A DNA stretch of 63,855 nucleotides, filler included, from Octopus bimaculoides (lineage: Eukaryota), in assembly GCF_001194135.2 (NCBI RefSeq). It is 5 parts of 4 records of this genome, joined end to end, with 100 filler letters (N's around TTAATTAATTAA, not from the genome) between each part and the next. Parts side by side here need not be neighbours in the genome. Positions count along the whole stretch, not along the records: positions 10,068 to 20,345 come from NC_069005.1; positions 20,446 to 48,149 come from NC_068988.1; 3 more parts are not named here. One strand, given 5' to 3'. Below are positions 13,582-24,666 of the stretch, piece after piece. Under the pieces are notes generated by a model. It was given only the letters and a program-made list of their open reading frames with translations. It did no database searches and was not told the DNA's origin. Made by a program: the position numbers and the translations under genes. Each line of letters begins with the position of its first letter. Position 1 is the stretch's first letter.

Positions 13582-13726
13582 NGGTTACTCTCGTTCATAG
13601 TTTACGTTTGGTTTCTGAAATTTTGAATGTTCAATCACCTTTTGTTTTGAACTTGAGAAAGACAGACGTTCTGTCGAAATATAGTTAAAAAAATAAAACA
13701 TCTAAAATCGCACTCTTCGTCTTGAC
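13582..13726 (+). mobile_element. Penelope-like terminal fragment with variant hammerhead-like motif
   Basis: AAC-TTGAGAAA-GACAGA/TCTGTC-GAAATATA-GTT at about 13650-13686, followed by an A-rich tail. Ends at (TTA)n. Confidence 0.5.
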
Positions 13727-13787
<61 letters not shown>

Positions 13788-13975
13788 GCCTTTGCACAGC
13801 TTCTATCGCTGGAGATGTACTACGGTGTCAGCTGTTCACTACCAGTGAACTAAGGTAACACCGCTCATTTTTCAAGCACCTTCGGGAGTATTCGAGCTGT
13901 TACAAGCAGTATTGTTTTCTGCAAGTGCTCCACCCATAATGCAGCCCCTATTTGTTCCATGTACTTCTCGAGATT
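13788..13975 (-). mobile_element. R4/Dong-type element, subfamily B, extreme 3' fragment
   Basis: Minus strand reads NLEKYMEQIGAALWVEHLQKTILLVTARILPKVLEK* (R4-type LQK..LL.TA.ILRK.L C-terminus), then a ~80-nt 3' UTR and the (TAA)n tract at 13727-13787. Confidence 0.75.
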
Positions 13976-13984
13976 TATTATTAT

Positions 13985-16900
13985 ATGTTTGACTTTTGCT
14001 TTGTATTTGTACAAGTCTCCCAGAAACCTCAAGAGACAACAAATTAGAACTTCATGTTGATGTCATATGCCTAAGGTGTCACATATTTGGTTTTACACAT
14101 AGTATTGCTTTAGAGAATGTTTAAGAAAACATAAGAAAATTAGTAGTTTGTTTTAAATTTTGAGATTTTACGTAAGATATGGGTAGTTCCCATGAGCACT
14201 ATCTTTTGAATTTTTGCTATTTTGCAGTTGGTAGCAGTCAGCCCCTTTTGCTATCATTCCTAGAGCACCTATGACAACAGGTATTGTTTTAGTCTTCAGG
14301 TTCCACATTTTGCCAATTTCTATTTCAAGATCTTTATACTTGCTCAGTTTTTGATAGGTCTTGACAGATACATTTATATCGATTGGGATAGTCATATCGA
14401 TAAGAAGGCATGATTTTTGTCTGAAGTCTTTCAGTATGATGTCTGGCCTATTTGCATCTATCTTTGTGTCAGTTTGAATAGTGAAGTTCGAGAGGAGTAA
14501 AATGTGATCATTTTCAAGCACTGGTGGTGGTCTGTGTTCTCACCAGGTTTTATCATGGGCAGGTCCAAGTTTTTACAAATTACCCAGTGAATATATTGTG
14601 CTACTCTATCATGCTTGTTGAAATAATCTGCACATAGAGACAACATGATCAATGGTTTCATTTTGTTGTTGACATACACGACATGTTAGGCAGCTGCCGT
14701 TCTTTAATATGTTGGCCTGGTAGTTTCTTGTAGGTAGGAATTGATCTTGAGCTGCTATGATAATATCGGCATTATTAGTTCTCTTTGGGTATTCGCCATT
14801 GAGAGGTTTTCCATGCCATTTATCAGTAAGAATATTTAAGACAGCAGTTTTAGTACGGGTTTTCATACGCTTAGCTTTTTCTGTGCTTGTTTCTAGTACG
14901 TCTAATTTTCGAATTTGTTGCATTCGGAATTTACTTAGATATTCCTTTGCTTGTTTTGTTACTGAGTACGATGCTTTCTTGTTTTCATGCTTTAAGACAA
15001 GTTTTAACATCCAGTCCTCAGAGATTTTCAGCTAGGTGTCTAGGCCAACTGTGGCAATCTTCATTATTAATTCCAGTTGTAAAAGTCCACGGCCTCCCTC
15101 TTTTCTTGGCAGATAAAGACGTTCTATATCTGCCTTGTCAACAGTTTTCGTATTTTTCTGTCAACATTACATATTTCAGTAATTGACCAGTTAATGATGT
15201 TGAAACTGTAAGTCACGACTGGTATGGCTAAAGAATTGATCGCTTCCATCCTGTTTCTTGTATTCAGCTTTGTCTACAGTATTTCTCTCACCCTGTGATA
15301 ACATTCTCTTCTGATCCTTTCCCTCATCACTGATTCTGTCTCCTTCAAATACTCCTAGGTATTTGTAGCTTCCCGCTGGTTCTAACTCCTTTATGACATT
15401 CTCCTGGTCAAGGCTAACATTGGATGTTTCTGTCATTTTTCCTTTGATAAAGGTAGCTTTAGCACATTTATCGAGGCCAAATTGCATCCTGATGTCATCA
15501 CTGAATTGTTTAACAATCGCTAGTAAGCCCTGTAGTTGTTGGTCATTTTTTGCAAAGAGCTTTAAATCATCCATGTAAATGAGATGATTTATATTTTTAT
15601 CAAACATTTTATAACCGTACTGTGCATCATTGAGCAATTTTGAGAGAGGTATTAAGGCTAGACAAAAGAGGAGTGGTGATAGAGAGTCACCCTGGAAAAT
15701 GCCACATGAAATTCTTACATCTCCAGCATTTAGAGTTTCATTGTCACTGTTCAAAGTCAGTGCGATTCTCCATGATCTCATACTTACAGACAAGAAGTTT
15801 CGCAGAGTAGGTGCTATTTTATACATTTCCAGACATTTCTTAATCCAGTTATGTCATAGACTATCAAAAGCTTTTTTATAGTCTATCCAGATTATCGACA
15901 AGTTTTTGTGTCATTTCTGACAATCTTACAAGATCATCTTATTAATGAGTAGCTGATCTTTACAACCATAGGACCTACGTTTACACCCTTTTTGCTCATT
16001 TGGGAATATGCTACTTTCTATTACAAAAACCATAGGTATATTCAGTCAAGACAGATGTTAGCGTTTTATATATTGTTGTTAAGCAGGTTATGGGTCAATA
16101 AATTTTGATTCATTTGTTTCTTCATTTTTTGGAAGTAGGAATGCAATGTCATTAACTAGCCAAGAGGGAATCATACTAGGTTGTTGCAAAACTTTGTTGT
16201 AAAGTTTTGTTAGCAGTTCATGGCTCTCTGGAAAGGCATTCAACCAGAAATTAGGAATTTTATCCTTTCCTGGAAACTTCCATTTGCTTGACTTCCTGAG
16301 AGCAGATCTTACATCCTCTACCTCCATACTCTTCCGCTTTGCTCTTCTAAGGAGTCTAAATCTGTAGATATTCTATCAATCCAAGTGGTCTTTTCATTGT
16401 GTATTTTTTCTTCTACCCAAATTTTATTCCATATTTCCTGGACTTCTTCTTTTGATGGGACAGACTTTACTGTAACCGGTATTTTCCCTATCTTCCTGTT
16501 AATTTTTTTAGGGTTATTTTTGAACATGTTGTTGTCCTTGAAGAATCTATTGCGTTTTTCATATCTTGCTATGCGGGCAGCTTTAGCACATACCTTTTGC
16601 TTGATGGTTTCTATGGTGGTATCAATGTCAAATATGGTTTTCATATTATATTTTTTTCTTTAATTTTCGGGTTTTTGTATGTTTCATAGTCTTGTCAAAC
16701 TTAAGGTTTTTTTAAACATTCTATACCAGACCTGGGTAGCTGAATCTATTGTTAAATACGCTCTAGTCAAGAAGGCTTTTTGTAGGAATGTTGTCGTTTT
16801 CTAATCTTTTCACCACATAGAATCGTTGAGATTTTTGCGGATGCATAGTACAGGTGGTTGAGATCTGTAATATCAACATCATTAGCTGAAATTATATCCT

Positions 16901-17860
16901 TAAGTGCAAGGCGGATTTTACCAATTATTTTCAGGATTTGGTTAGAATTACGAATTTTGAGAGAGTGTCGCGTTCATTCACACTGGTTTCTTTAATTTTC
17001 AGCCATTCAATCATGATTTGAGTTTTTAGATCATTGTAGTTCTGTTGGGTTAATTTGTGTTTGACTTTCTTCATTTATTTGATTTTCATCTGCCTTAGTG
17101 TTATGGTTGGTTCAGAGAGTATTTCACTTTGCCTATCAGTTACATTAGCTCTTTCAATCATTATTGCATTTTCATCAGCCCTGGGCTGGTCTACAATTAT
17201 TTCTTCTGTAGTATCTTCTTTAACTGCAGCTTCTTTCCTTTTATCCCTTACTGATTGTTTAATTTGGTCACTCAGGTAGTAATTTCTTTTTCATAATGTT
17301 TCTTCTGACGTTGGCAAGTTTGTTACTGTCTATGTAGCGTCTTACTTCAAGGTGTTTCTGTCTCCAGTTTAAGTAGGTTTGTACCGTATTAGATTTATCT
17401 CTGGGGAAATACATGGCATGGTAGAAGACTGTAAGAACTTCTTTCTTATCTTCCCTAGACCATTTTTCATTCTTTTTCTTTTGGTTGTTTGGTGATGAGC
17501 ATGGATGGCCATCTGTTGGAATATACCGGTTGTGGGGCTCTTCCAGTTCCTGTGTTTCGGGAAGATTTGAACCAGTAGCTGATTTTTGTATCGAATCTGG
17601 TTCATCATTTGAGTACGTTACATTTGGTGTTCCGGTCTACGACCAATCCGGTTTGTATTTTGCTTTGTTATCATTAGGGGACGGATCTGTCTGTTTAGGG
17701 TTAATTTTTGAGACAACATCATATACGAGTTCTCGGCATGTAAACATTGCTCGTAACGTAGCTTCTTAAGGCTAACAGATCTGTATTCGTCTGTATTTTT
17801 TTGTTGATAGATTTATCTCCGAGCATAGTTCTTTTGTGGTGTTTTTAAACTTATGAATTA
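13985..17860 (-). mobile_element. Near-full-length R4/Dong-type non-LTR retrotransposon, subfamily A (degenerate single ORF: N-term, RT, CCHC, RLE)
   Basis: Collinear fragments: N-terminal W.REDK.EV (Myb-like), KWKFPGKDKIPNFWL, GIFQGDSLSPLLFCLAL, HLIYMDDLKLFA (RT), CRVCQQQNETIDHVVSMC (zinc knuckle), HDRVAQYIHW, NRPDIILKD..CLLIDMTIP..KLSKYKDL (RLE). Flanked by TTA repeats on both sides. Confidence 0.92.
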
Positions 17861-17861
17861 A

Positions 17862-17922
<61 letters not shown>

Positions 17923-18577
17923 GAGCGAGAGAGCAGTGCATGTAATCAAAGTGACACTGGGGTAAAATATACGAAGTCCAGTATACCCATCATGACTACC
18001 CGTCTGATAAGGGTACACTAGGCACATGCATCACAACCATGTGTGCGCGACATGGTNNNNNNNNNNNNNNNNNNNNNNNNNNNNNNNNNNNNNNNNNNNN
18101 NNNNNNNNNNNNNNNNNNNNNNNNNNNNNNNNNNNNNNNNNNNNNNNNNNNNNNNNNNNNNNNNNNNNNNNNNNNNNNNNNNNNNNNNNNNNNNNNNNNN
18201 NNNNNNNNNNNNNNNNNNNNNNNNNNNNNNNNNNNNNNNNNNNNNNNNNNNNNNNNNNNNNNNNNNNNNNNNNNNNNNNNNNNNNNNNNNNNNNNNNNNN
18301 NNNNNNNNNNNNNNNNNNNNNNNNNNNCTACTTCCGCTCGTGATCAGAGATGCACATATCCTCAGCCAGCAAGGGACATGCTCAACTGGTTAAGGTCAAA
18401 CAACTAACAAGCAAATCTGTGGTATTAAGCAGAATATTTGCTGTAGCCCATCTTTTATACCAAGACTGCTGTAGCCCGTCTTTTATACCAAGACAAAACA
18501 ATGTACATGATAACACTTCCAGTCAATTAAGATCAGAAGCCATGAGAGCCACTGCCTGGTACTGCATCCGGACATTT
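17923..18577 (-). mobile_element. ~650-bp non-coding TAA-flanked repeat, copy 1 (gap inside)
   Basis: Homologous to 18602-19103, 40697-41108 and 44400-44484. Bounded by (TTA)n at 17862-17922 and 18576-18601. Contains a 28-bp tandem duplication at 18439-18494. Confidence 0.8.
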
Positions 18578-18601
18578 ATTATTATTATTATTATTATTAT
18601 T

Positions 18602-19103
18602 GAGTGAGAGAGCACTGCATGCCATCAAAGTGACACTGGGGTAAAATATACGAGGTCCATTATACCCATCATGACTACCCGTCTGATAAGGGTACACCAG
18701 GCACATGCATTTCAACCATATGTGCGTGACATGGTGATCTTATATAAAAATAAACAGCGCATGACCTTGCAGGTGGAGCCCAGTTAGAATTTTCTTCAGG
18801 TCGAATAGCCCATCCCGCTCAAAAGGTCTCTGAATAAGGTTTGTTTAAGGATGTTGAGCAAAACACCCATGTTTCCAAAGGTGAATTATCCAAACCCCAA
18901 ACAATTCCTCTCAACACATGGCTATGATGCTCCCCCACTACTTCTGCTCATGATCAGAGATGCACATATCGTTAGCCACCAAGGGACATGCTCAACTGGT
19001 TAAGGTCAAACAACAGACAAGCAAATATGTGATCTGTGGTATTAAGCAGAATATTTGTTGTAGCCCATCTTTTATACCAAGACAAAACAATTTACATGAT
19101 AAC
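18602..19103 (-). mobile_element. ~650-bp non-coding TAA-flanked repeat, copy 2 (5'-truncated)
   Basis: Direct tandem copy of the preceding element, separated from it only by (TTA)n. Confidence 0.8.
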
Positions 19104-19117
19104 ATTTGTTGTTGTTG

Positions 19118-19223
19118 TTGTGGTTAGTAGCCCGCGCTCTTAACCACTACGCCATATGCCCGTGTACAACGACCCCAGTGTTCAACTTGTACTTATTTTA
19201 TCGACCCCGAAAGATGAAAGGCA

Positions 19224-19230
<7 letters not shown>
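19118..19230 (-). mobile_element. tRNA-derived SINE head fragment abutting a SINE-A fragment
   Basis: Minus strand GGCATATGGCGTAGTGGTTAAGAGCGCGGGCTACTAACC has an A-box (TGGCGTAGTGG). The adjacent piece matches the SINE-A body. Confidence 0.55.
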
Positions 19231-19255
<25 letters not shown>

Positions 19256-19704
19256 CAACAACAACATCGATGGAATTAGGCAAAAGAACCGATGGAAGAT
19301 TTGAAGGAAGCGGTCTTTTAACGAAGATAATTTTGAAAAAATGAAATTTCACTGCCATACAAAGCACAGGTCCTCCTATGCACGATGTCTCAATGAAACA
19401 CGTGCGATCACACACGCAAAGCCAACACCGGAAAGTTTACAAACTATATAAAAAAGAAATGGAACAAAATAGTAAGTACATATATTGAATAATTACGCAT
19501 ACACTCGAACGTCTACACAATGATATATACGTTTTGATACCCATAGAACTACACATGCATCCTAATGTTTACACAACTATGTGAAATTCACAGGACACAC
19601 TCACGCATACGAAAACACGTATCACAAACGAAGCAAAAACAAAACTCTTTTTTTTCTTCTTTATATATTTTCATTTTGTGAACAAACACAGACAGAGTGA
19701 ACTA

Positions 19705-20345
19705 TTCATAAGTTTAAAACGCCACAAAAAATACACTATGCCCGGAGATAAATCTATCAACAAAAATAATACAGACGAATACCGATGTGCTAGGTCTAAG
19801 AAACTACGCTACGAGCAATGTTTACATGCTGTCAAAAAATTGACCCTAAACAAACAAATCCGTCCCCTAATGTCAACGCCAAAGCTCGTCATGATTCAAT
19901 GATAACAAAGCAGATTACATACCAGATTGGTCGTCGACCAAATCACAAAGGGCCACGTACTCGATATAGATCTGTTAGCCTTAAGAAGCTACGTCACGAG
20001 AGCTCGGAGAAAGTGTTGTCTCAAAAAATTAGCCCTAAACAGACAGATCCGTCCCCTAGCGTCAACGTCGAAGCTTGTTATGCCTCACTGTTAACAAAAC
20101 AAAATACAAACCGGAATGGTCATCGACCGGATTATAAAGGACCACGTACTCGAATGATGAGCCAGATTCGAGACGAGAAATCTGCTACTGGTTCAAATCT
20201 TCCCGACACACAGGAGCTGGAAGTACCCCACAACCGGAATATTCCAACTGATGGCCATCCATGCTCTTTACCAAACAGCCAAAAGAAAAAGAATGAAAAA
20301 TGGTCTAGGGAAGATAATAAAGAAGTTCTTACAGCCTTCTACCAT
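19705..20345 (+). mobile_element. R4/Dong subfamily A, 5' end (second copy)
   Basis: Homologous to the reverse complement of about 17410-17860. ORF start ATGCCCGGAGATAAATC; reads ..KWSREDNKEVLTAFYH into the gap. Confidence 0.85.
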
Positions 20346-20445
20346 NNNNNNNNNNNNNNNNNNNNNNNNNNNNNNNNNNNNNNNNNNNNTTAATTAATTA
20401 ANNNNNNNNNNNNNNNNNNNNNNNNNNNNNNNNNNNNNNNNNNNN

Positions 20446-20484
<39 letters not shown>

Positions 20485-20773
20485 ACGGGCTTCGTTCAGT
20501 TTCCGTCTACCAAATCTGATATGCGCGCGACGAATTCTCATCCGAGAATGTGGCTGGCTGCAAAAGCAAGCTATTGAGAAGTCTAAGAAGAATGAAATGC
20601 ATCTGGCGTTCTTGCTGGTTGCTGCGGAGACAAATTTTCGTCTCCCTCCGATATGTATTGCGCTTTTAACACAATACGTCCATAAGAGATTTTAACTCAG
20701 GACAAATGCCACTGTAACTGACCTATCAACAGATTATACATGGAGTACTATAAATAGATGGCTATTTTATTGT

Positions 20774-20842
20774 CAGACAGGCAGACAGGCAGGCAGGCAG
20801 ACAGGCAGGCAGACAGGCAGGCAGACAGACAGGCAGACAGAC

Positions 20843-20926
<84 letters not shown>
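20774..20926. repeat. Compound (AGGC)/(AGAC)/(AGAT)n microsatellite
   Basis: Direct reading. Confidence 0.95.
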
Positions 20927-20927
<1 letters not shown>

Positions 20928-21473
20928 TACACGTGGTGCCCCTAGCGGACAGATAACGCAAGGTAGATAATCATTCCTTCATAATATTTATTGGAATACG
21001 CGCGCGTACACATGCACACACACAAGTTATGATGGAAAATTTTCGAGTAACTAAAATATTTGGATGTTCAGTATGATCAAGGATTATTCTTGGTTCAATA
21101 ATCTGACAACTTATTTTCAATTATTAAGTAGATTCCTTCTTGCAAGTTTCATAAAAGCACAAAAGATATCCCGATATTGGTAGTTAATCTCTAACCTAGC
21201 AGATAATTCAATTTAATAACATAATTAACCAGATATGATGAAATTTACAGAGGTAAGATAGCTAAATATATACTTGAGGTATTGGACAACCGACACAGAG
21301 TTTGTGGTCTTGAAGAATTTCTTTGTAGTTCACTAAGCTGTGTAACGCCGGCGCCTGATGTAAAAAGAACAGGTGTAAGTTTCTTCTACTTAATGCCACT
21401 GAATCTAGAACTTATTTTTATGAAAGCACATATATCTCTTGTACACTTCAGCTATTATGATATAGCAGTGTAA

Positions 21474-21690
21474 AGCGGGTAGCTGGCAGAATCGTTGTCA
21501 CGTTGGTCGAAATGCTTAACGCTATTTCTTCCGGCTCTTTATGGTCTGAGTTCAAATTCCGACAAGATCGCCTTTGCCTTTCATCCTTTCGGGGTCGATA
21601 AGATAAGCACCAGTTAAGCACTAGGATTGATGTAATCGACTTACTTTTCCCTCAGAATTGCTGGCTTTGTGCTAAACTTAGAAATAATTA
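21474..21690 (+). mobile_element. tRNA-derived SINE (SINE-A), diverged
   Basis: AGCTGGCAGAATCGTT..GAGTTCAAATTCC (B-box)..CCTTTCATCCTTTCGGGGTCGATA..; matches the many copies in this window. Confidence 0.8.
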
Positions 21691-22104
21691 TGATCTGAGA
21701 ATGTTTCTAGGCTGTGTTGTTGTTTCAGTACTAGGTCAGTAATGATTAAGCAAGCTTATGATCAAAAATATTCCAATTTAACTTACTCTGTCTTCTTGAT
21801 ATATCTAAGACTACATTGTAGTAATAGATATAGGAATAAGCTTTAAGTAATAAGATAAGCTTTAAGAAAATTTGTCTGCTATTTCTAGCAGATCAAGCGA
21901 CTTCATGAAAATTGATTTATTGACTCGTGTTTATAGGTATTAATTCAACGTATAATCCTTATAGCTCTTGATGATTTCGCAGACAGAGTGAGTGTCGCCC
22001 ACCACGTTCTGAATTCAAATCTCACCAGTGCTTATTTTACCCTACATCCACCTACCCCGGGATTACTACAATGCTAGGCGTTTATTTGGCATAATAGGGA
22101 TGAG

Positions 22105-22560
22105 TGAGGCTGATATAACTGAATGTTCATCGCGATCACGGTCCAACATTCCTTACAACTGCTCCGTACTGAGGTTTGTTTCATCTGTGAGTTGATCGAT
22201 GAATATTTGAATCGGTCTTCTTCTACTGCGTCTCCCATGAGTTGGTTCCCACAATAGTAGCTTGTGTATAACCTCCTGCTTACTTCCTGCAAATCATAAC
22301 CATTTTTGAGCAACCGTAGTTGTTATAAACCTTTATTTGTAATACGTCGGTGCCAGCTTGTTTTGTACAATCCCAAGCATTTTAGCTTATGCATCATCTA
22401 CTTTTTACTCGAGTGCTTGTGTCAAGGTTCATGTACTTGATCCATACAGCAGCACTGATTCAGCAGGTGTTCTGAAGAAGGATATTTTGATTTTTCTGAA
22501 TAGATCTGACTTCCATATCGTTTCCATTTTGTTCATTGCAGCCTGTGCTCTGGTAATTTA
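22105..22560 (-). mobile_element. RTE-clade LINE 3' fragment
   Basis: Minus strand reads AAMNKMETIWKSDLFRKIKISFFRTPAESVLLYGSSTWTLTQ (RTE post-RT motif) and RRPIQIFIDQL (GRP..T+IDQL). Confidence 0.75.
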
Positions 22561-24603
22561 ATGTTGGACTAAATCTATTAATATAGTAATTTTGTTCTGC
22601 TCCATTCACAACACAAATCTTCCCGAGTTCAACTTTGCTTTTCATTCCACTCGGAGTTGATAAACTAAGTACCAATGATATACCAAGAGCGACTACAATA
22701 ATTGTTTAGCAGCCTGTTATTGTAAGGGATCTCATCCTTAAATCGTGTCAAATGATTCAGACGAACTCTTTTGGTACTTCACATTTCAATGTTCAATTAC
22801 AGCCAGATTCAACTTTGTATTTCCTCCTTATCTAGGATCTATAAAATATATAAATAATAATATAGTGTTGTATGAAGCATCGTACAGCAACTGTATGTTC
22901 TCTGCAACTCAAGACTATTGTTGCTTCTAACAAATATTTCAAACACATGAAGACAATTCTTGGTTATCACTGGCGTTTCTAAGGATGAATATTTGAGAGC
23001 TGCTTCTCATAATCTATTTCAGAGGGGTATGAAGTTTAAAGAAAGTTCCCAAACAAGCAATTTATTCCAGACAGCGACCTGAACTGAAATAAATGTATGT
23101 TTTCCTACCTAGAAACATAACGTAATGCTACCAACGGACTTCAAGAAACTTTTTCAAAGTGGTTAAGAATTTGGCCTACCTAGTCATGTAATTAGACTCA
23201 AACAGATGACTAGAGGAATATTCAATAACAGAACAGAACTGCTATTCTGTACGATATTTGTTGATGAAGATAGAGATATGCGAATACTGAATAGATCTTT
23301 TAACTCCTTTGATTAAGAAAAGTCAAAAAGTTAATAGATATCTGATTCGATTTATTGCACATGTATGCGATGAATAAGTCCTATTCCACAAAGACCTAGA
23401 CACTGTTGATAAGAAGAGTGCAATTTTCCATGGCACATCAGTTTACAATATAACACCAACTTGTGTCATATTCCCCCGCAACTGAAATATGGAGCTTACA
23501 CAACATAACGACAGCTTTCTTACCTTACATATATCATAAAATGGGAAAATAGTAACAAAAAAGCTACCAAATATAGTGCACATTTCTCTTTTCTAGAGAT
23601 GCCCTGCAGAGTTTTCCTATTCTTTTATCTTTTGTTTTGTTTACTTTTGCTCTATTCTCGAAAAGACTTTTTTTTTTTTTTTGTTCTTTCTGAAATTTTT
23701 GTCTTATGTTGCTTAATCTGTAGTTTATCTGCTATTTATCTAAATATATTTTAGTTAAGCTGCTTGAATTACAAAAAAAGTGACAGAGTGACAGGACTAT
23801 ATTGAAAGAAGTGAATGCGGCTAACGGAGAAATTGGGAAGAGATTAGAAAACAGAGAGTTAAATGGTTTGTTTGGGGTTTGTTTTGTTTATTTTATTTTT
23901 AGCTTATGGCTAAATGTAAAGACAAATTTTTTGCCTTGAGAATAAATGATAATTACTATAATGAAGTGAAAAGGAAAGTATGACGGTAAAGCGATGGGCC
24001 GAACCTTGTGCATAGTGCCTCTTTCAGTGTAGGATGTAACCAGTGATGCTTTGACGTTAGGCGCTCACATAATTAAAGGGAAGGAGCAGTCGAAGCGAAT
24101 CGGTCGATTAAAAAGCTGAGCTTGCGTGCGCTTTAATGAATACTTGTCCGACGCCTATAGCAGACGTTTGACGAATGGGTGTGAAACGCGAGGGCAGGGT
24201 TGTTGCAAAAACATGAACTGGCACACGTGGATGGCAGTATGAAATATAGGAAGAACATGTGGACAAACATATAACAAAACTGTTCTGCGCATGCATATAT
24301 TTAAGCAGACATACACATTGTGAATGATATGTTAAAATATAGTCACATTTTGTTTGTTTGTTTTAATTATTTTAAAATAATTTTCAATGCACCATGAATA
24401 TTTCCAGTCTGATTATATCATCACCTTATATAGGTAGATGTTTATCATTATACTAATATTTTAGTATGTTATATGTTTTATCACTTTTTTTTATTTTAAA
24501 GACTCAACAGCTACCGAACAAAATTAACTTTTCCTTTAAAGTTGAAATCTCTACATAAATTGTTACATAAAAAAATACACCACTGGTGCTTTTATATATA
24601 CCT

Positions 24604-24666
24604 TATAGAATAATTATTCTATAGAATAATTATTCTATAGAATAATTATTCTATAGAATAATTATT
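24604..24666. repeat. Tandem array of a self-complementary 16-mer (TAGAATAATTATTCTA)x~3.8
   Basis: Units at 24606, 24622 and 24638, partial at 24654; the unit equals its own reverse complement. Confidence 0.95.

Noticed and set aside
18540-18575. Resemblance of the 650-bp element's 5' end (TGCAGTACCAGG) to the U2 snRNA 3' stem-loop
   Set aside because: The match is only about 10-12 nt with an indel, and no other U2 sequence is present.
19118-19160. Possible tRNA gene
   Set aside because: Only the 5' half with an A-box is present, without a T-arm or acceptor stem; it is a SINE head fragment.
24604-24666. CRISPR-like or heat-shock-element interpretation of the palindromic array
   Set aside because: There are no spacers and the context is eukaryotic; GAA/TTC spacing (4 and 6 nt) does not fit the nGAAn pentamer phase.
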